Below the pieces are notes generated by a model. It made no database searches. It was not told the DNA's origin and saw nothing but the letters and a program-made list of their open reading frames with translations. This document shows positions 44,101 to 53,703 of a DNA stretch of 64,000 nt, piece by piece. The translations under genes and the position numbers were made by a program. The stretch comes from Microcoleus sp. (lineage in GTDB: Bacteria; Cyanobacteriota; Cyanobacteriia; Cyanobacteriales; Microcoleaceae), in the NCBI GenBank assembly GCA_042408215.1, contig JAYFMW010000020.1:256001-320000 (forward strand). The letters run 5' to 3'. Each line of letters opens with the position of its first letter. Position 1 is the first letter of the stretch.

Positions 44101-47100
44101 AAGTCCACAGATGCGTTCACCGGAGCCAACTTCAACTACAGCGCTACTGATGACAAAGGTCTCAGCAGTCCTGCGCCTGCGACTATAGCTGCGCTCCTCG
44201 CCCCCGCCCCAACACCGACACCAACACCAGCGCCAACTCCGCTCAACCAACCGCCAGTCACCAACAATGCCAATCTAGCGATCGCGCCCAATAGCAGCGT
44301 CCCACTCCCCGGATTGGGAGGAACCGACCCCGACGGCTCCATCGCCTCTTATACAATCAACACCCTACCAACCGCAGCCCAAGGAGTCCTATTTTTAGGC
44401 GACCCAGCCCAAGGCGGAGTCGCTGTCACCCCCGGTCAAGTCCTGACTCCTGCACAGATTCAGCAGTTATTTTTCCAGTCCACAGGTACGTTCACCGGAG
44501 CCAACTTCAACTACACCGCTACTGATGACAAAGGTCTCAGCAGTCCTGCATCTGCGACTGTATCGGCCTTGCAGCCCGGAGTCAACCAACCGCCGGTGGC
44601 TAACAATGTCAATACGCCGATCGCCCCCAATAGCAGCGTCCCACTCACCGGACTCGGAGGAACCGACCCCGACGGGACGATCGCCTCTTATACAATAGAT
44701 ACTCTACCACCCGCAGCCCAAGGAGTCCTATTCTTAGGCGACCCAGCCCAAGGCGGAGTCGCTGTCACCCCCGGTCAAGTCCTGACACCAGCGCAAATTA
44801 GCCAGTTATTTTTCAAGTCCACAGGTACCTTCACCGGAGCCAACTTCAACTACAGCGCTACTGATGACAAAGGTCTCAGCAGTCCTGCGCCTGCGACTAT
44901 AGCTGCGATACCAGCCCCCGCCGCAACACCGACGCCAACACCAGCGCCAACTCCGGCACCTGTTCCGCTGCCGACGACCGCGCCAATTCCGGCACCAGTT
45001 CCGCTGCCAACACCGACGCCCAACCAACCGCCAGTCGCGACTAATGCTAACTTGAGCATTCCGCCGAACAGCAGCACACCAGTAACGGGATTGAGCGCAA
45101 CCGACCCCGACGGGACGATCGCCTCTTACACCATCAACACCCTGCCAACCGCAGACCAAGGACTGCTATTTTTAGGAGATCCAGCCCAAGGCGGAGTCGC
45201 TGTCACCCCCGGTCAAGTCCTGACTCCTGCACAGATTCAGGAATTATTTTTCCAAACGACTGGCAATTTTACCGGAGCTAATTTCACCTACAGCGCCACC
45301 GACAACAGCGGCGCTACCAGTCCTGCTACGGCTACTGTTGCTGTCGCACTTGGGCAGCCAACTCCGACGCCAACGACCGCGCCCATACCAAATCCGGTTC
45401 CCGAACCAGAAACAGACTGTCAGTGTCAGGCTGTTCTGGAAAAACCGGGAATTAACTTTTTGCCACCAACAGAACCGCCTGGGGTTTCCTTTAACAGCCC
45501 AGGCGCACAAGTCGCAGTTGAGGAACAAACTCTTAAAGGAACCAATGGTAACGACTCCATTCAGGGTAGCAACGCTAACGAAAAAATCATCGGTTTTCAA
45601 GGCCGTGACCTACTTTTAGGTGAAGGTGGCGCAGACGAAATTCACGGCGACGAAGACAACGACACCATTTTTGGCGACATCGGCACGGATATTGTTTACG
45701 GCGGCGACAACAACGATTTAATATTCGCCGGGAAAGACAATGACTGGATTGCTGGTGAATTAGGCTCCGATACCATTTTGGGCGATCGAGGTGCGGATAC
45801 GATTCTCGGAGACACCGGGCTGAACAACTCCCAGAGTCCTAACGATGCTCGCGATTTGATCTTCGGAGGCGACGGTGCAGACGTCATCAACGGTAACGAG
45901 GGCGACGATACCATTCATGCCGGCAAAGGTAACGATATTGCCCTCGGAGGTAAAAACAATGACCTCATCTGGGGCGAACTCGGCTCCGATACTCTGTTGG
46001 GCGGTACAGAAGACGACAGCTTATTTGGCGGAAACCCCGACAAGAGTGTCAGCGACGCCCAGGGACGCGACTTGCTGTACGGAGGTTTCGGCAACGACTT
46101 GCTCAGTGGCCAAGAAAACGAGGATACGCTGATTGGAGGCAAAGATCGCGATCGCGTTTACGGAGGCAAAGGTAATGACCTAATTTTTGGTCAATTAGGC
46201 TCCGATACCCTCTACGGCGGCGAAGGTATTGATACCATCCTCGGTGACAGTGGCAGTTCCAACTCAGTTGGTGATGCTGTTGAACAAGACTTCATCTTTG
46301 GTGGCACCGGTGGGGACTCGATCGCCGGCGGCAACGGCGATGATACCGTGCTAGCAGGTAAGGGCAACGATGGCGTTTGGGGCGGCAAAGATAACGACTT
46401 GATTTGGGGCGAACTCGGTAACGATACCCTTACCGGGGACAGTGGCGACGACACCCTGTACGGCGGGGTTCGAGGTTTAGTGAAAGATGCCGACGGAAAG
46501 GACTTGCTCTTTGGCAATATCGGTTCTGACTTATTATTCGGTGACGAAGCTGACGATACTCTCAGTGGCGGTAAGGGCAATGATTCCCTGTACGGGGGCA
46601 AGGGTAACGACCTCATCAACGGAGACAGCGAGGACGACTTAATTTACGGCGGTGATGGCAACGATGAGCTCTGCGGCGGCGAGGGCAACGATACCATCTA
46701 TGGCGATCGCGCAGATAACAAGGGCGTCCCAGTGGCTGCGGCCGGCCAGCAAGATTGCATCAACGGCGGTGCTGGTAATGACCTAATCTACGGCAACGAA
46801 GGGGAAGATACGCTCAACGGCGATGCTGGTAACGATACCTTGATTGGCGGTAAAGACAACGACATTCTGTTTGGAGGCGAAGGAGATGACTGGCTGTTTG
46901 GAGGCTTGGGTGACAATACTTTATCTGGAGGTGCCGGAAGCGATCAATTTATCTTGAGTGCTGGGAACGGCTCGAATACCATTCTTAACTTCCAGGTTGG
47001 CATCGATCAATTTGTGTTGACCGGTGGGCTGAGTTTCGAGCAGTTGCAACTCACCCCAACCCAGAACGGTACATTGCTGCGAATAGCAGGCACCGGGCAA

Positions 47101-47187
47101 GTTTTAGCGGACTTTGTAGGGGCCTCCGGTGCGATCGGCTCCTCTGATTTCCGATCGAATCTCTTGTCACCAACAAAATGGGTTTGA
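38170..47187 (+). CDS. Giant secreted adhesin-like protein: DUF4347, lectin-like domain, ~4 DUF11-like repeats, PT linker, 11 Ig/cadherin-like repeats, RTX Ca-binding repeats
   Basis: IHIVSHG/LLYGC/GGDWELE; GADG...FGFAASTG; ADLATTKTGP repeats; NQPP...DPDG...ATDDKG repeats; GGxGxD nonapeptides. True start may be 38278. Confidence 0.88.
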   Translation: MIKRVSLNLVTKFTTKTKNNPNLSHMSAVKTRKYINMATTTLRGAGSKVETAHPKNLAIVDSKVENYEQLVRGVKRGTEVILLDPARDGIEQITEILGDRSGIDSIHIVSHGALAALQLGSTELNIHNLDTYSSQLQQWGKSLSESASILLYGCNIAAGESGLKFVQKIWELTGANIAASNNLTGSAALGGDWELEIAIGQINGELAFEKEVLEGYPSVLATLVTEDFKQTTVIGPWIYGTAGTSANPGLTAGAANNPNGVIPNLGTGDPAGSGALRLTSNTKSQAAFVLYNNPISSTDGLRVTFDFFSYNISADSSNNLGADGTSFFLIDGTATPTKAGGFGGSLGYAPNNNTAQTLSSTGISGGYLGVGLDEFGAFSVSQPGTGGRVGGDLAKPDSVAVRGRESTSYNFLTTASVPGGIDNKTNNINTTIRSDAKRSVQITLFPATSATPNRLTVAVNLNNNFDSNKNPIFDPGETLIDIPNLATTNGAVPSTFKFGFAASTGPSTNIHELNNLLVETVDTPTLTADVSIVKKGPQVAALGSTITYTIAATNIELSTSDAKDVLIQDILPPGLTGVSVSDGGTYNTLTRTVSWPVIPTLASGGSVTYTITAIAPATPTTITNVAYSNSSTFDPVPANNNSSLPTSKAITTITAVADLATTKTGPATETAGRTVSYTISTVNNGPNTAENVTITDSIIPDLTIVSISDGGTYNNGIVTFPAVTLTDKQTVNRTISFIAPAGVTVSNTASSKSSALDLTPSNDAATFTTTLTPSADLATTKTGPATETAGRTVSYTITTRNNGPSTAENVTITDSIIPDLTIVSISDGGTYNSGTGIVTFPPVTLTNTASTTRTISFIAPAGVTVSNTASSKSSALDLTPSNDAATFTTTLTPSADLATTKTGPATETAGRTVSYTITTRNNGPSTAENVTITDSIIPDLTIVSISDGGTYNSGTGIVTFPPVTLTNTASTTRTISFIAPAGVTVSNTASSKSSALDLTPSNDAATFTTTLTPTPTPTPTPPTPTPTPTPTPTPPTPTPTPTPTPTPPTPTPTPTPPTPTPTPTPPTPTPTPVNQPPVTNNANLAIAPNSSVPLPGLGGTDPDGSIASYTINTLPTAAQGVLFLGNPAQGGVAVTPGQVLTPAQIQQLFFQSTGTFTGANFKYTATDDKGLSSPASATVSALQPGVNQPPVANNVNLAIAPNSSVPLTGLGGTDPDGTIASYTIDTLPTAAQGVLFLGDPAQGGVAITPGQELTPAQISQLFFQSTGAFTGANFNYSATDDKGLSSPAPATIAALLAPAPTPTPTPAPTPLNQPPVTNNANLAIAPNSSVPLPGLGGTDPDGSIASYTINTLPTAAQGVLFLGDPAQGGVAVTPGQVLTPAQIQQLFFQSTGTFTGANFNYTATDDKGLSSPASATVSALQPGVNQPPVANNVNTPIAPNSSVPLTGLGGTDPDGTIASYTIDTLPPAAQGVLFLGDPAQGGVAVTPGRVLTPAQISQLFFKSTDAFTGANFNYSATDDKGLSSPAPATIAALLAPAPTPTPTPAPTPLNQPPVTNNANLAIAPNSSVPLPGLGGTDPDGSIASYTINTLPTAAQGVLFLGDPAQGGVAVTPGQVLTPAQIQQLFFQSTGTFTGANFNYTATDDKGLSSPASATVSALQPGVNQPPVANNVNTPIAPNSSVPLTGLGGTDPDGTIASYTIDTLPTAAQGVLFLGDPAQGGVAITPGQELTPAQISQLFFQSTGAFTGANFNYSATDDKGLSSPAPATIAALLAPAPTPTPTPAPTPLNQPPVTNNANLAIAPNSSVPLPGLGGTDPDGSIASYTINTLPTAAQGVLFLGDPAQGGVAVTPGQVLTPAQIQQLFFQSTGTFTGANFNYTATDDKGLSSPASATVSALQPGVNQPPVANNVNTPIAPNSSVPLTGLGGTDPDGTIASYTIDTLPPAAQGVLFLGDPAQGGVAVTPGRVLTPAQISQLFFKSTDAFTGANFNYSATDDKGLSSPAPATIAALLAPAPTPTPTPAPTPLNQPPVTNNANLAIAPNSSVPLPGLGGTDPDGSIASYTINTLPTAAQGVLFLGDPAQGGVAVTPGQVLTPAQIQQLFFQSTGTFTGANFNYTATDDKGLSSPASATVSALQPGVNQPPVANNVNTPIAPNSSVPLTGLGGTDPDGTIASYTIDTLPPAAQGVLFLGDPAQGGVAVTPGQVLTPAQISQLFFKSTGTFTGANFNYSATDDKGLSSPAPATIAAIPAPAATPTPTPAPTPAPVPLPTTAPIPAPVPLPTPTPNQPPVATNANLSIPPNSSTPVTGLSATDPDGTIASYTINTLPTADQGLLFLGDPAQGGVAVTPGQVLTPAQIQELFFQTTGNFTGANFTYSATDNSGATSPATATVAVALGQPTPTPTTAPIPNPVPEPETDCQCQAVLEKPGINFLPPTEPPGVSFNSPGAQVAVEEQTLKGTNGNDSIQGSNANEKIIGFQGRDLLLGEGGADEIHGDEDNDTIFGDIGTDIVYGGDNNDLIFAGKDNDWIAGELGSDTILGDRGADTILGDTGLNNSQSPNDARDLIFGGDGADVINGNEGDDTIHAGKGNDIALGGKNNDLIWGELGSDTLLGGTEDDSLFGGNPDKSVSDAQGRDLLYGGFGNDLLSGQENEDTLIGGKDRDRVYGGKGNDLIFGQLGSDTLYGGEGIDTILGDSGSSNSVGDAVEQDFIFGGTGGDSIAGGNGDDTVLAGKGNDGVWGGKDNDLIWGELGNDTLTGDSGDDTLYGGVRGLVKDADGKDLLFGNIGSDLLFGDEADDTLSGGKGNDSLYGGKGNDLINGDSEDDLIYGGDGNDELCGGEGNDTIYGDRADNKGVPVAAAGQQDCINGGAGNDLIYGNEGEDTLNGDAGNDTLIGGKDNDILFGGEGDDWLFGGLGDNTLSGGAGSDQFILSAGNGSNTILNFQVGIDQFVLTGGLSFEQLQLTPTQNGTLLRIAGTGQVLADFVGASGAIGSSDFRSNLLSPTKWV
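41386..44910 (+). repeat. Five 714-bp tandem coding units, each with two Ig-like domains
   Basis: Units start at 41386, 42100, 42814, 43528 and 44242 and are near-identical in DNA. Confidence 0.92.
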
Positions 47188-47567
47188 AGCCCCGTCCTTA
47201 TAGGACGGCTTTAATTGTAAAACTTTGTTGCAATATCAAATATCTTGTGCTAAATAGCTGAGAATTTAGAAAAGCAAGTAAGAACAACCATCTACGTGTT
47301 GAAACGATATCAAAAGGTGAGACTCCTGGGTTGGATCGCTCCTCGGCAATGCCGAGCCTGTCCAAACACGTAATAGTGAATCGTTGAGCGTACCTAACTG
47401 GATTATTGGTGGACTCAGAAAGCAATCTAAAAACAAAAGTAAGCGCAACTGCAATACTTCTCGTACCAGTAGTTGTTTCGAGCGTGTAGAGGTGATTTGA
47501 CAGCGCCTTTAAGACTCAAATTGTGGTCTTAATAATCTCCGTGGCGTTGATTCCCGGAGAGTGTCAA
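47180..47567 (+). mobile_element. Non-autonomous IS200/IS605 derivative (388 bp) inserted in the adhesin stop codon
   Basis: Left end GGGTTTGAAGCCCCGTCCTTATAGGACGGCTTT; right end AATCTCCG...CCCGGAGAGTGTCAA. Removing it restores AAA-TAA-TAG. Confidence 0.82.
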
Positions 47568-47608
47568 AATAGGGTTAGCATTGGGGACTTTCGTCCCCAA
47601 AATCCTAC

Positions 47609-48295
47609 TTATAATTGCTTTCGCAAAAACAGTCGCCGCGGCTGTCCCAAAAGCCAATTACTCCAATGTCCATCCACTTGTTCCAAGCGATAGCCAGCCT
47701 GATAGTATAACTGTCGCGCTGCGTGATTATTTTCCAGAACGTGGAGGTAAATCTCATCAAATCCCCACTCTCGCGCAGTCTTCTCGCAGTTGCTGAGCAA
47801 CTCTTGAGCAACCCCCAGCCGCCGATACTCCGGGTGAACTGCTAAATTCGACAAATAAGGATAGTCCAAACTTGGTAGTTCCCAAGGGAGGCGAGAACGG
47901 AGGGCCATTTCTACGGTTCCGGCTAAACACTCGGCCCGGTTCGATCGATATTTATGTGTCCCATCCTCCATCGATGGTTCGACTGCGTTGATCCTGAGCG
48001 TATTCGAAGGACTCAGGATAAACGCAGTCGTTGGGCTCACCAAGCATCGCATCTCTACAACTAAGCAAATATAATGCTCCGACCCAGAACGGAGTCGATT
48101 TTTTAAATCTTCGTAAATACCCAACCGCAACACCGGATACAACCAATCCACAAACCCCTCACCAGAGTGAAAGCTGAGGGCCAGCAGATCGGCTAGCAGT
48201 GCCAGATCCTTAGACGCAGCCACCCGAACCGAAAAGCCAGAGCTGTCGGGGGTTGTTTGGTGGTGGGAGGTTGAGGGAAAAAAAGAAGGATTCAC
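47609..48295 (-). CDS. GNAT family N-acetyltransferase
   Basis: YLSNLAVHPEYRRLGVA, LHVLENNHAARQLY. Confidence 0.9.
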   Translation of the reverse strand: MNPSFFPSTSHHQTTPDSSGFSVRVAASKDLALLADLLALSFHSGEGFVDWLYPVLRLGIYEDLKNRLRSGSEHYICLVVEMRCLVSPTTAFILSPSNTLRINAVEPSMEDGTHKYRSNRAECLAGTVEMALRSRLPWELPSLDYPYLSNLAVHPEYRRLGVAQELLSNCEKTAREWGFDEIYLHVLENNHAARQLYYQAGYRLEQVDGHWSNWLLGQPRRLFLRKQL

Positions 48296-49785
48296 AATTC
48301 CTTGCCGCTATATTGATTTTTTTTGTACAGACAGCCAGCCAGCCCAGTCAAAGGCTTAAAGATCAGTGCGCAAGATATCAGATATATCTCACTCTACCAC
48401 TGGTCGAACGACCCAGATTCCCACTTTTTTTTGCCAGCCCACCCCGCACTCTCGCCTGTCAGGAAAAAAGTAAGGGAAAAAAGCATCGAACCTTCAGGGA
48501 CGGGGATTCTTGTTTCAAAGATAGTCTATAGCACTTCTGTGTTAAATGAGATATTTAACACAGAAGTGCTATAGCGGTTTTATGAATGAAGTGAGGTACA
48601 GGAGGCAATTGGCAATTCACTTCTCTGAAAAGGAAACATCTATACTTCGACTACGCGAGCGTACAAGTGCCCTATGCCCTATGCCCTATGCCCCATCTTT
48701 GTTATTTGTTATTTGTTATTTGTTAGTTGACGGTTGACTGTTGACGGTTGACTGTTGACTGTTGAGTTTCTTCATTCCCAATGCCCTATGCCCAATGCCC
48801 CATGCCCTATGCCCTATGCCCCATGCCCTATGCCCAATGCCCCATGCCCAATGCCCAATGCCCTATGCCCTATGCCCTATGCCCTATGCCCAATGCCCTA
48901 TGCCCCATGCCCTATGCCCATGAGCACCTCCAGAAACCTGAGAAAGGCTATATATTCTCAACTAACCTGTAAGGTTCAAGGGTTTACCAATCACCGAAAA
49001 CAGTGCAAACAGATTAAATAAACTCGCCGATACCACTCGAAAATTATTTATTAAGAATGGTGCAAAATCTGAGCGATCGTCAATCTTTAAAAATGATTAT
49101 TTGTTGTATTGGCTTGAGCTTAAATTCGTAATTTAAGTTAAACATTTTGTTTCTTCTTTACCTACAGTCAGGGCTAGTCTTACCAAATAGACAACCATTT
49201 TCCTGTGTTGGCTATAGGAGCAGCGGCTGACTTAAGTCAGGGAATGCCCTCTGGTTTTTCGTAGTTGACATCTAGAGCGCTGGGCGAGCGTCGGAACAAC
49301 CTCGATCGACAATTCCTCACTAGCCTTATACTTTGTTACCAAGGACTCAGACAATCTCGATCGAGCTATGTGGCCGGTTTCCAGAGAGTACATCCCTGGT
49401 TAAGATTAACAGATGGATGCTCTCGCTTGCGGTAAAACACCCCAGTAATTGGCAATTTCAGGTCTGTAGGAGGCACAAAAGATGCGGATGATGGGGAAAA
49501 GACAGCAAGTCTCAGTCAAATAGTACAGCTAATTGGGTGACTCGCACAGACGCCTCCCTAGTCTGTGAATATCATTAATAATTGGGGTGTACCACAGAAA
49601 ACTGTGAATCAGAAGAATTCCGAATCGAGAACGGGTAGGTGAAATCAAGGTTTATCTTTGGTGCTGGCTAATTCACAACAACTTCAGATTGACGAACTCT
49701 TGTGACTTAAGCAATTGAAACAGGTAAATTCTTCCAAAATCAGACCGATTAAATTGAACAATCCCCAGGCACAGGAGAGCGGTGG

Positions 49786-52700
49786 ATGAATTCCCAAGAA
49801 AATCCTAAACTAAAAATTCTGGTCGTTGATGATGAACCGGATAACCTCGACTTGCTTTACCGCACCTTCCATCGGGAATACAAAGTGCTCAGGGCTGAAT
49901 CAGGCCCCGCCGCCCTAGAAATTTTGGCTAGATCAGGCGAAGTTGCTGTGATTATCTCGGATCAGCGAATGCCTAAAATGAGCGGTACGGAGTTTCTGAG
50001 TCTGACGGCGGCTCAGTACCCAGACGTGATCCGAATTATTTTAACTGGCTATACGGATGTTGAAGATTTAGTCGAAGCTATTAATGCTGGCAAAGTATTC
50101 AAATATGTTACCAAGCCTTGGGATGCTGAATCACTCAGAGCTCTTGTCCGTCAAGCGGTTGAAACTCACAATCTCCTGAAAGCCCGTACCAATGAACTGC
50201 GTAGGGCCCTCAGCCAAGAATCGCTGCTTTATGCTGTTACCAATACTATCCGATCGGCTCCCAACTACCAGCAGATGCTGCAAAGAATTGTGGAAACAGT
50301 CGGCCAGATGTTTGAGGTCAGTTGCTGTCTGCTGCGGCCGTTCCAAGATGGCTCTGTGGCAGATGAATGGTTCATCTACCAAGGTGCTGAAACGAAACGG
50401 CAAGATGCCGATGGTGTCTCGGAGGGCATCATGTCGCCAGATTTGCTGTCGCTGTTGGTCTGGGAAACTATGGAGGTGGAGGTGATTCAAGATGCCCAAA
50501 CGGACGATCGAGTTTTAAACTGGGAAAATGACCAGCGCTCGGAGGCTTACCGGGCTGCGAAGATCCGCTCTAGCTTAATCGTACCGCTGTTTTATCAACG
50601 GGAACTGATGGCAGTCTTGGCGCTGCACTCCTTCGAGCAGCCACGCCAATGGCAAGACCACGAGGTACAGTTGGTGACTACGGTGGCTGACCAAGCGGCT
50701 TTGGCACTTTCTCAAGCCCGGGCTTACGAACAGGTGCGGGCACTGGCAAAGCGCGAAGCTCTAGTTAATACTATTACTACGGCGATTCGATCGAGCCTCG
50801 ACCCCCAAAATATTTTTGCGGCGATTACTGAACAACTGGGACAAGCTCTACAAGTTGACGGCTGCGCGCTATCTCTGTGGACAGAAGACGACGAGTACGT
50901 CCAATGCGTGGGACTCTACGAAGCGACTAGCGATGCTGTTTCTGTACAAGAGGATTTTAACAGTCCGGGGATACTCCTTGTGACTCCCAGTATTGAGCAA
51001 GGGAATACCAGCGATCAAAGCAGCCCTCGCGCCTGGGTTTTGGCCCATTCTTCCCTACCGCAGTCTTTGGTGCCGATTCAAGGTAATCCGGTTTTACGGC
51101 AAGTTATGATGTCGAAACAGCCGGTGGTGATTGAAGACCTGGACGATCGCCCCGATCTAAATGTTACAGAAGTGCAACTGCGATCGCCCGCCCGCGCCCT
51201 GTTAGTCGTCCCCTTGCTCTGTGACGGCAAAATCATCGGCAGTATTTCCCTGCGCCAAAATACCCATACCCGCCGCTGGCAACCCTCAGAAATTGACCTG
51301 GCTCAAATAGTCGCAACTCAAGCTGCTCTGGCAGTACAGCAGTCCCGCCTCTACCAAACTACCAGACAACAGGCAGAACGGCTGCTAGAAGCCGATCGAC
51401 TCAAAACCGAGTTTTTCCAAAATATCTCTCACGAATTCCGCACACCCCTAACTCTGACCATCGGGCCTTTAGAGTCCGCCTGCGCCCGCCAAGAAGATTT
51501 GCCCTATGCACAAGCGGCCATCGCTCTTCGCAATTCCCGCCGCTTGCTGCGTTTGGTAAATCAACTGCTGGACTTGCAGCGGCTGGATGCCGGACGGATG
51601 CAGCCGAGTTTTCGCCCCTGCGATTTGGTGGGTTTCTGTTACTCTACCGCAGAGTCGTTCCGCGCCTACTGCGAGAAAAAAGGCCTGCATTTAATTACTC
51701 AATTACAAGACAGTCCTTTACTCTATTTGGATATTGAAAGATTTGACAAAGTTCTCTATAACCTGCTATCGAATGCGGTCAAATTTACGCCAGAAGGTGG
51801 AAGCATTACGCTGAAAGTCCAACCCGCTGGCGCTCACTGTTTGCTGCAAGTTAAAGATACCGGCATTGGCATTCGCACCGAACAAATTCCCTATTTGTTT
51901 GAGCGTTTCCGCCAAGCTGAGGGCTCTACCAACCGTTCCTACGAAGGCAGCGGTTTAGGTTTGGCACTGGTAAAGGAATTAGTGGAACTGCACGGCGGTC
52001 AAGTTTCGGTGGAGTCGGTTTATGGTGAAGGCTCTACTTTTACGGTTTGGCTGCACGTCGGTTCGACTCACTTACCTCCTGAACAGGTGCTGGAAATACC
52101 GGCGGAGTTTCACTCATCGAAAGCTGCGGTGGAATTGGCTGATGTGGAAGCCGATTTGTCTGATGCTGAATTTGCCTCTGAGAGTTTTGAGGGGATCAAT
52201 CCTGTAAGTTCAGAAACAGTCGTTGGCACTGTTTTGGTGGTTGACGACAATCCCGATTTGCGCTTCTATGTGTCGGGAATTCTGCGAGATTCCGGCTTTG
52301 CGGTTTTGCTGGCCCGCAACGGGGAGGAAGGATTTGCGGTGGCAAAAAACCGCCTCCCAGATTTGATTGTGACAGATTTAATGATGCCTTTGGTTTCTGG
52401 TTTGGATTTGATCAAGATGCTCCGAGAGGATGAGGAATTGAAAGGAACTCCGGTAATTTTGCTGACGGCTAAAGCTGATGAAGATACTCGAATAGAAGGG
52501 GTAGTACGGGGAGCTGATGCTTATTTGTCTAAGCCTTTTAACGATCGAGAATTATTAGCAGAAGTGCGGAATTTGATCGCCCTCAAACAAAATGAACGCC
52601 GGGTGCAGCAGTTGAATACTTATTTAACTGAGTCGGTGCTGCGCCGATTTTTGCCACCGGCGATGGTGAAGGCGGCGGCGGCGGGAGATTTGGCGCTGGA

Positions 52701-53289
52701 TTTGCGCCCGGAACCGCGATTAATTACTATTTTGTTTAGCGATATTGTCGGTTTTACTGAAATGGCAAATACGCTGAGATCGCGCCGGGTGGCTGAGTTG
52801 TTGAATGAATATTTGGCCGCGATGACAAAGGCGATTTTTGACAGTGGCGGTACGGTGGACAAGTTTGTCGGAGATGCGGTAATGGCAATATTTGGAGCGC
52901 CGGAGGAACTGAGTCCCAACGAGCAGGTGCGCCGTGCTGTGGCGGCTGCAAAGCAAATGCTGCTATCCCTGAAGGAGCTTAACAAGGGCTGGATTGAGCA
53001 GGGAATCGTTGGGGAGAATGGCGTGCCTCCGGTGCGGTTTCGCTGCGGTATTCATCAGGGTACTGCTGTGGTGGGGATGTTTGGCGGCCCGGAGCGATCG
53101 GACTATACTGCGATCGGACCGAGCGTGAATATTGCGGCCCGCTTGCAAGAGGTTGCGGAACCGAATAGTGTGCTGATTTCGGCGGCGGTTGCAGATTATG
53201 TTGAGGAGGATCGAATTGTTAAATATAAGTCGCTGCAACTGAAGGGAATTGATGAAACAGTATTGACTTTTGTACTTAATTGTGATTAG
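49786..53289 (+). CDS. cyaC: Hybrid adenylate cyclase CyaC (REC-GAF-GAF-HisKA-HATPase-REC-cyclase)
   Basis: Domain order matches cyanobacterial CyaC; cyclase motifs FSDIVGFT, DKFVGDA, VNIAARLQ. Confidence 0.9.
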   Translation: MNSQENPKLKILVVDDEPDNLDLLYRTFHREYKVLRAESGPAALEILARSGEVAVIISDQRMPKMSGTEFLSLTAAQYPDVIRIILTGYTDVEDLVEAINAGKVFKYVTKPWDAESLRALVRQAVETHNLLKARTNELRRALSQESLLYAVTNTIRSAPNYQQMLQRIVETVGQMFEVSCCLLRPFQDGSVADEWFIYQGAETKRQDADGVSEGIMSPDLLSLLVWETMEVEVIQDAQTDDRVLNWENDQRSEAYRAAKIRSSLIVPLFYQRELMAVLALHSFEQPRQWQDHEVQLVTTVADQAALALSQARAYEQVRALAKREALVNTITTAIRSSLDPQNIFAAITEQLGQALQVDGCALSLWTEDDEYVQCVGLYEATSDAVSVQEDFNSPGILLVTPSIEQGNTSDQSSPRAWVLAHSSLPQSLVPIQGNPVLRQVMMSKQPVVIEDLDDRPDLNVTEVQLRSPARALLVVPLLCDGKIIGSISLRQNTHTRRWQPSEIDLAQIVATQAALAVQQSRLYQTTRQQAERLLEADRLKTEFFQNISHEFRTPLTLTIGPLESACARQEDLPYAQAAIALRNSRRLLRLVNQLLDLQRLDAGRMQPSFRPCDLVGFCYSTAESFRAYCEKKGLHLITQLQDSPLLYLDIERFDKVLYNLLSNAVKFTPEGGSITLKVQPAGAHCLLQVKDTGIGIRTEQIPYLFERFRQAEGSTNRSYEGSGLGLALVKELVELHGGQVSVESVYGEGSTFTVWLHVGSTHLPPEQVLEIPAEFHSSKAAVELADVEADLSDAEFASESFEGINPVSSETVVGTVLVVDDNPDLRFYVSGILRDSGFAVLLARNGEEGFAVAKNRLPDLIVTDLMMPLVSGLDLIKMLREDEELKGTPVILLTAKADEDTRIEGVVRGADAYLSKPFNDRELLAEVRNLIALKQNERRVQQLNTYLTESVLRRFLPPAMVKAAAAGDLALDLRPEPRLITILFSDIVGFTEMANTLRSRRVAELLNEYLAAMTKAIFDSGGTVDKFVGDAVMAIFGAPEELSPNEQVRRAVAAAKQMLLSLKELNKGWIEQGIVGENGVPPVRFRCGIHQGTAVVGMFGGPERSDYTAIGPSVNIAARLQEVAEPNSVLISAAVADYVEEDRIVKYKSLQLKGIDETVLTFVLNCD

Positions 53290-53703
53290 TCATTAGTCAT
53301 TAGTCATTAGTCATTAGTCATTAGTCATTAGTCATTAGTCATTGGTCATTGGTCATTGGGAATGGGGAATTGGGTTATTGGGAATTCGTAATTCGTAATT
53401 CGTCATTCGTAATTCGTAATTCGTCATTAGTCATTAGTTAGATAGAGTCCGAGCGCTCGCTTATATTTATTGTTGAGTGCGAGTGATTGTTGAGTGCGAG
53501 CTTCTAGCTCGCGAGCTAGAAGCTCGCACTCAAATGATAACTGATTAACCGGACATGATATTATTGGTTACTTGCTACCAATGCCCAATGCCCGATTCCC
53601 AATGCCCGATTCCCAATTCCCAATTCCCAATTCCCAATTCCCAATTCCCAATTCCCAATGCCCAATTCCCAATTCCCAATTCCCCATTCCCAATATTTTA
53701 AAA

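Noticed and set aside
40197..46619. Many antisense or alternate-frame ORFs in the adhesin gene
   Set aside because: Shadow ORFs of repetitive coding sequence.
48960..49785. Long non-coding region upstream of cyaC as a possible riboswitch or sRNA
   Set aside because: No motif I can recognise; would need an Rfam search or RNA-seq.
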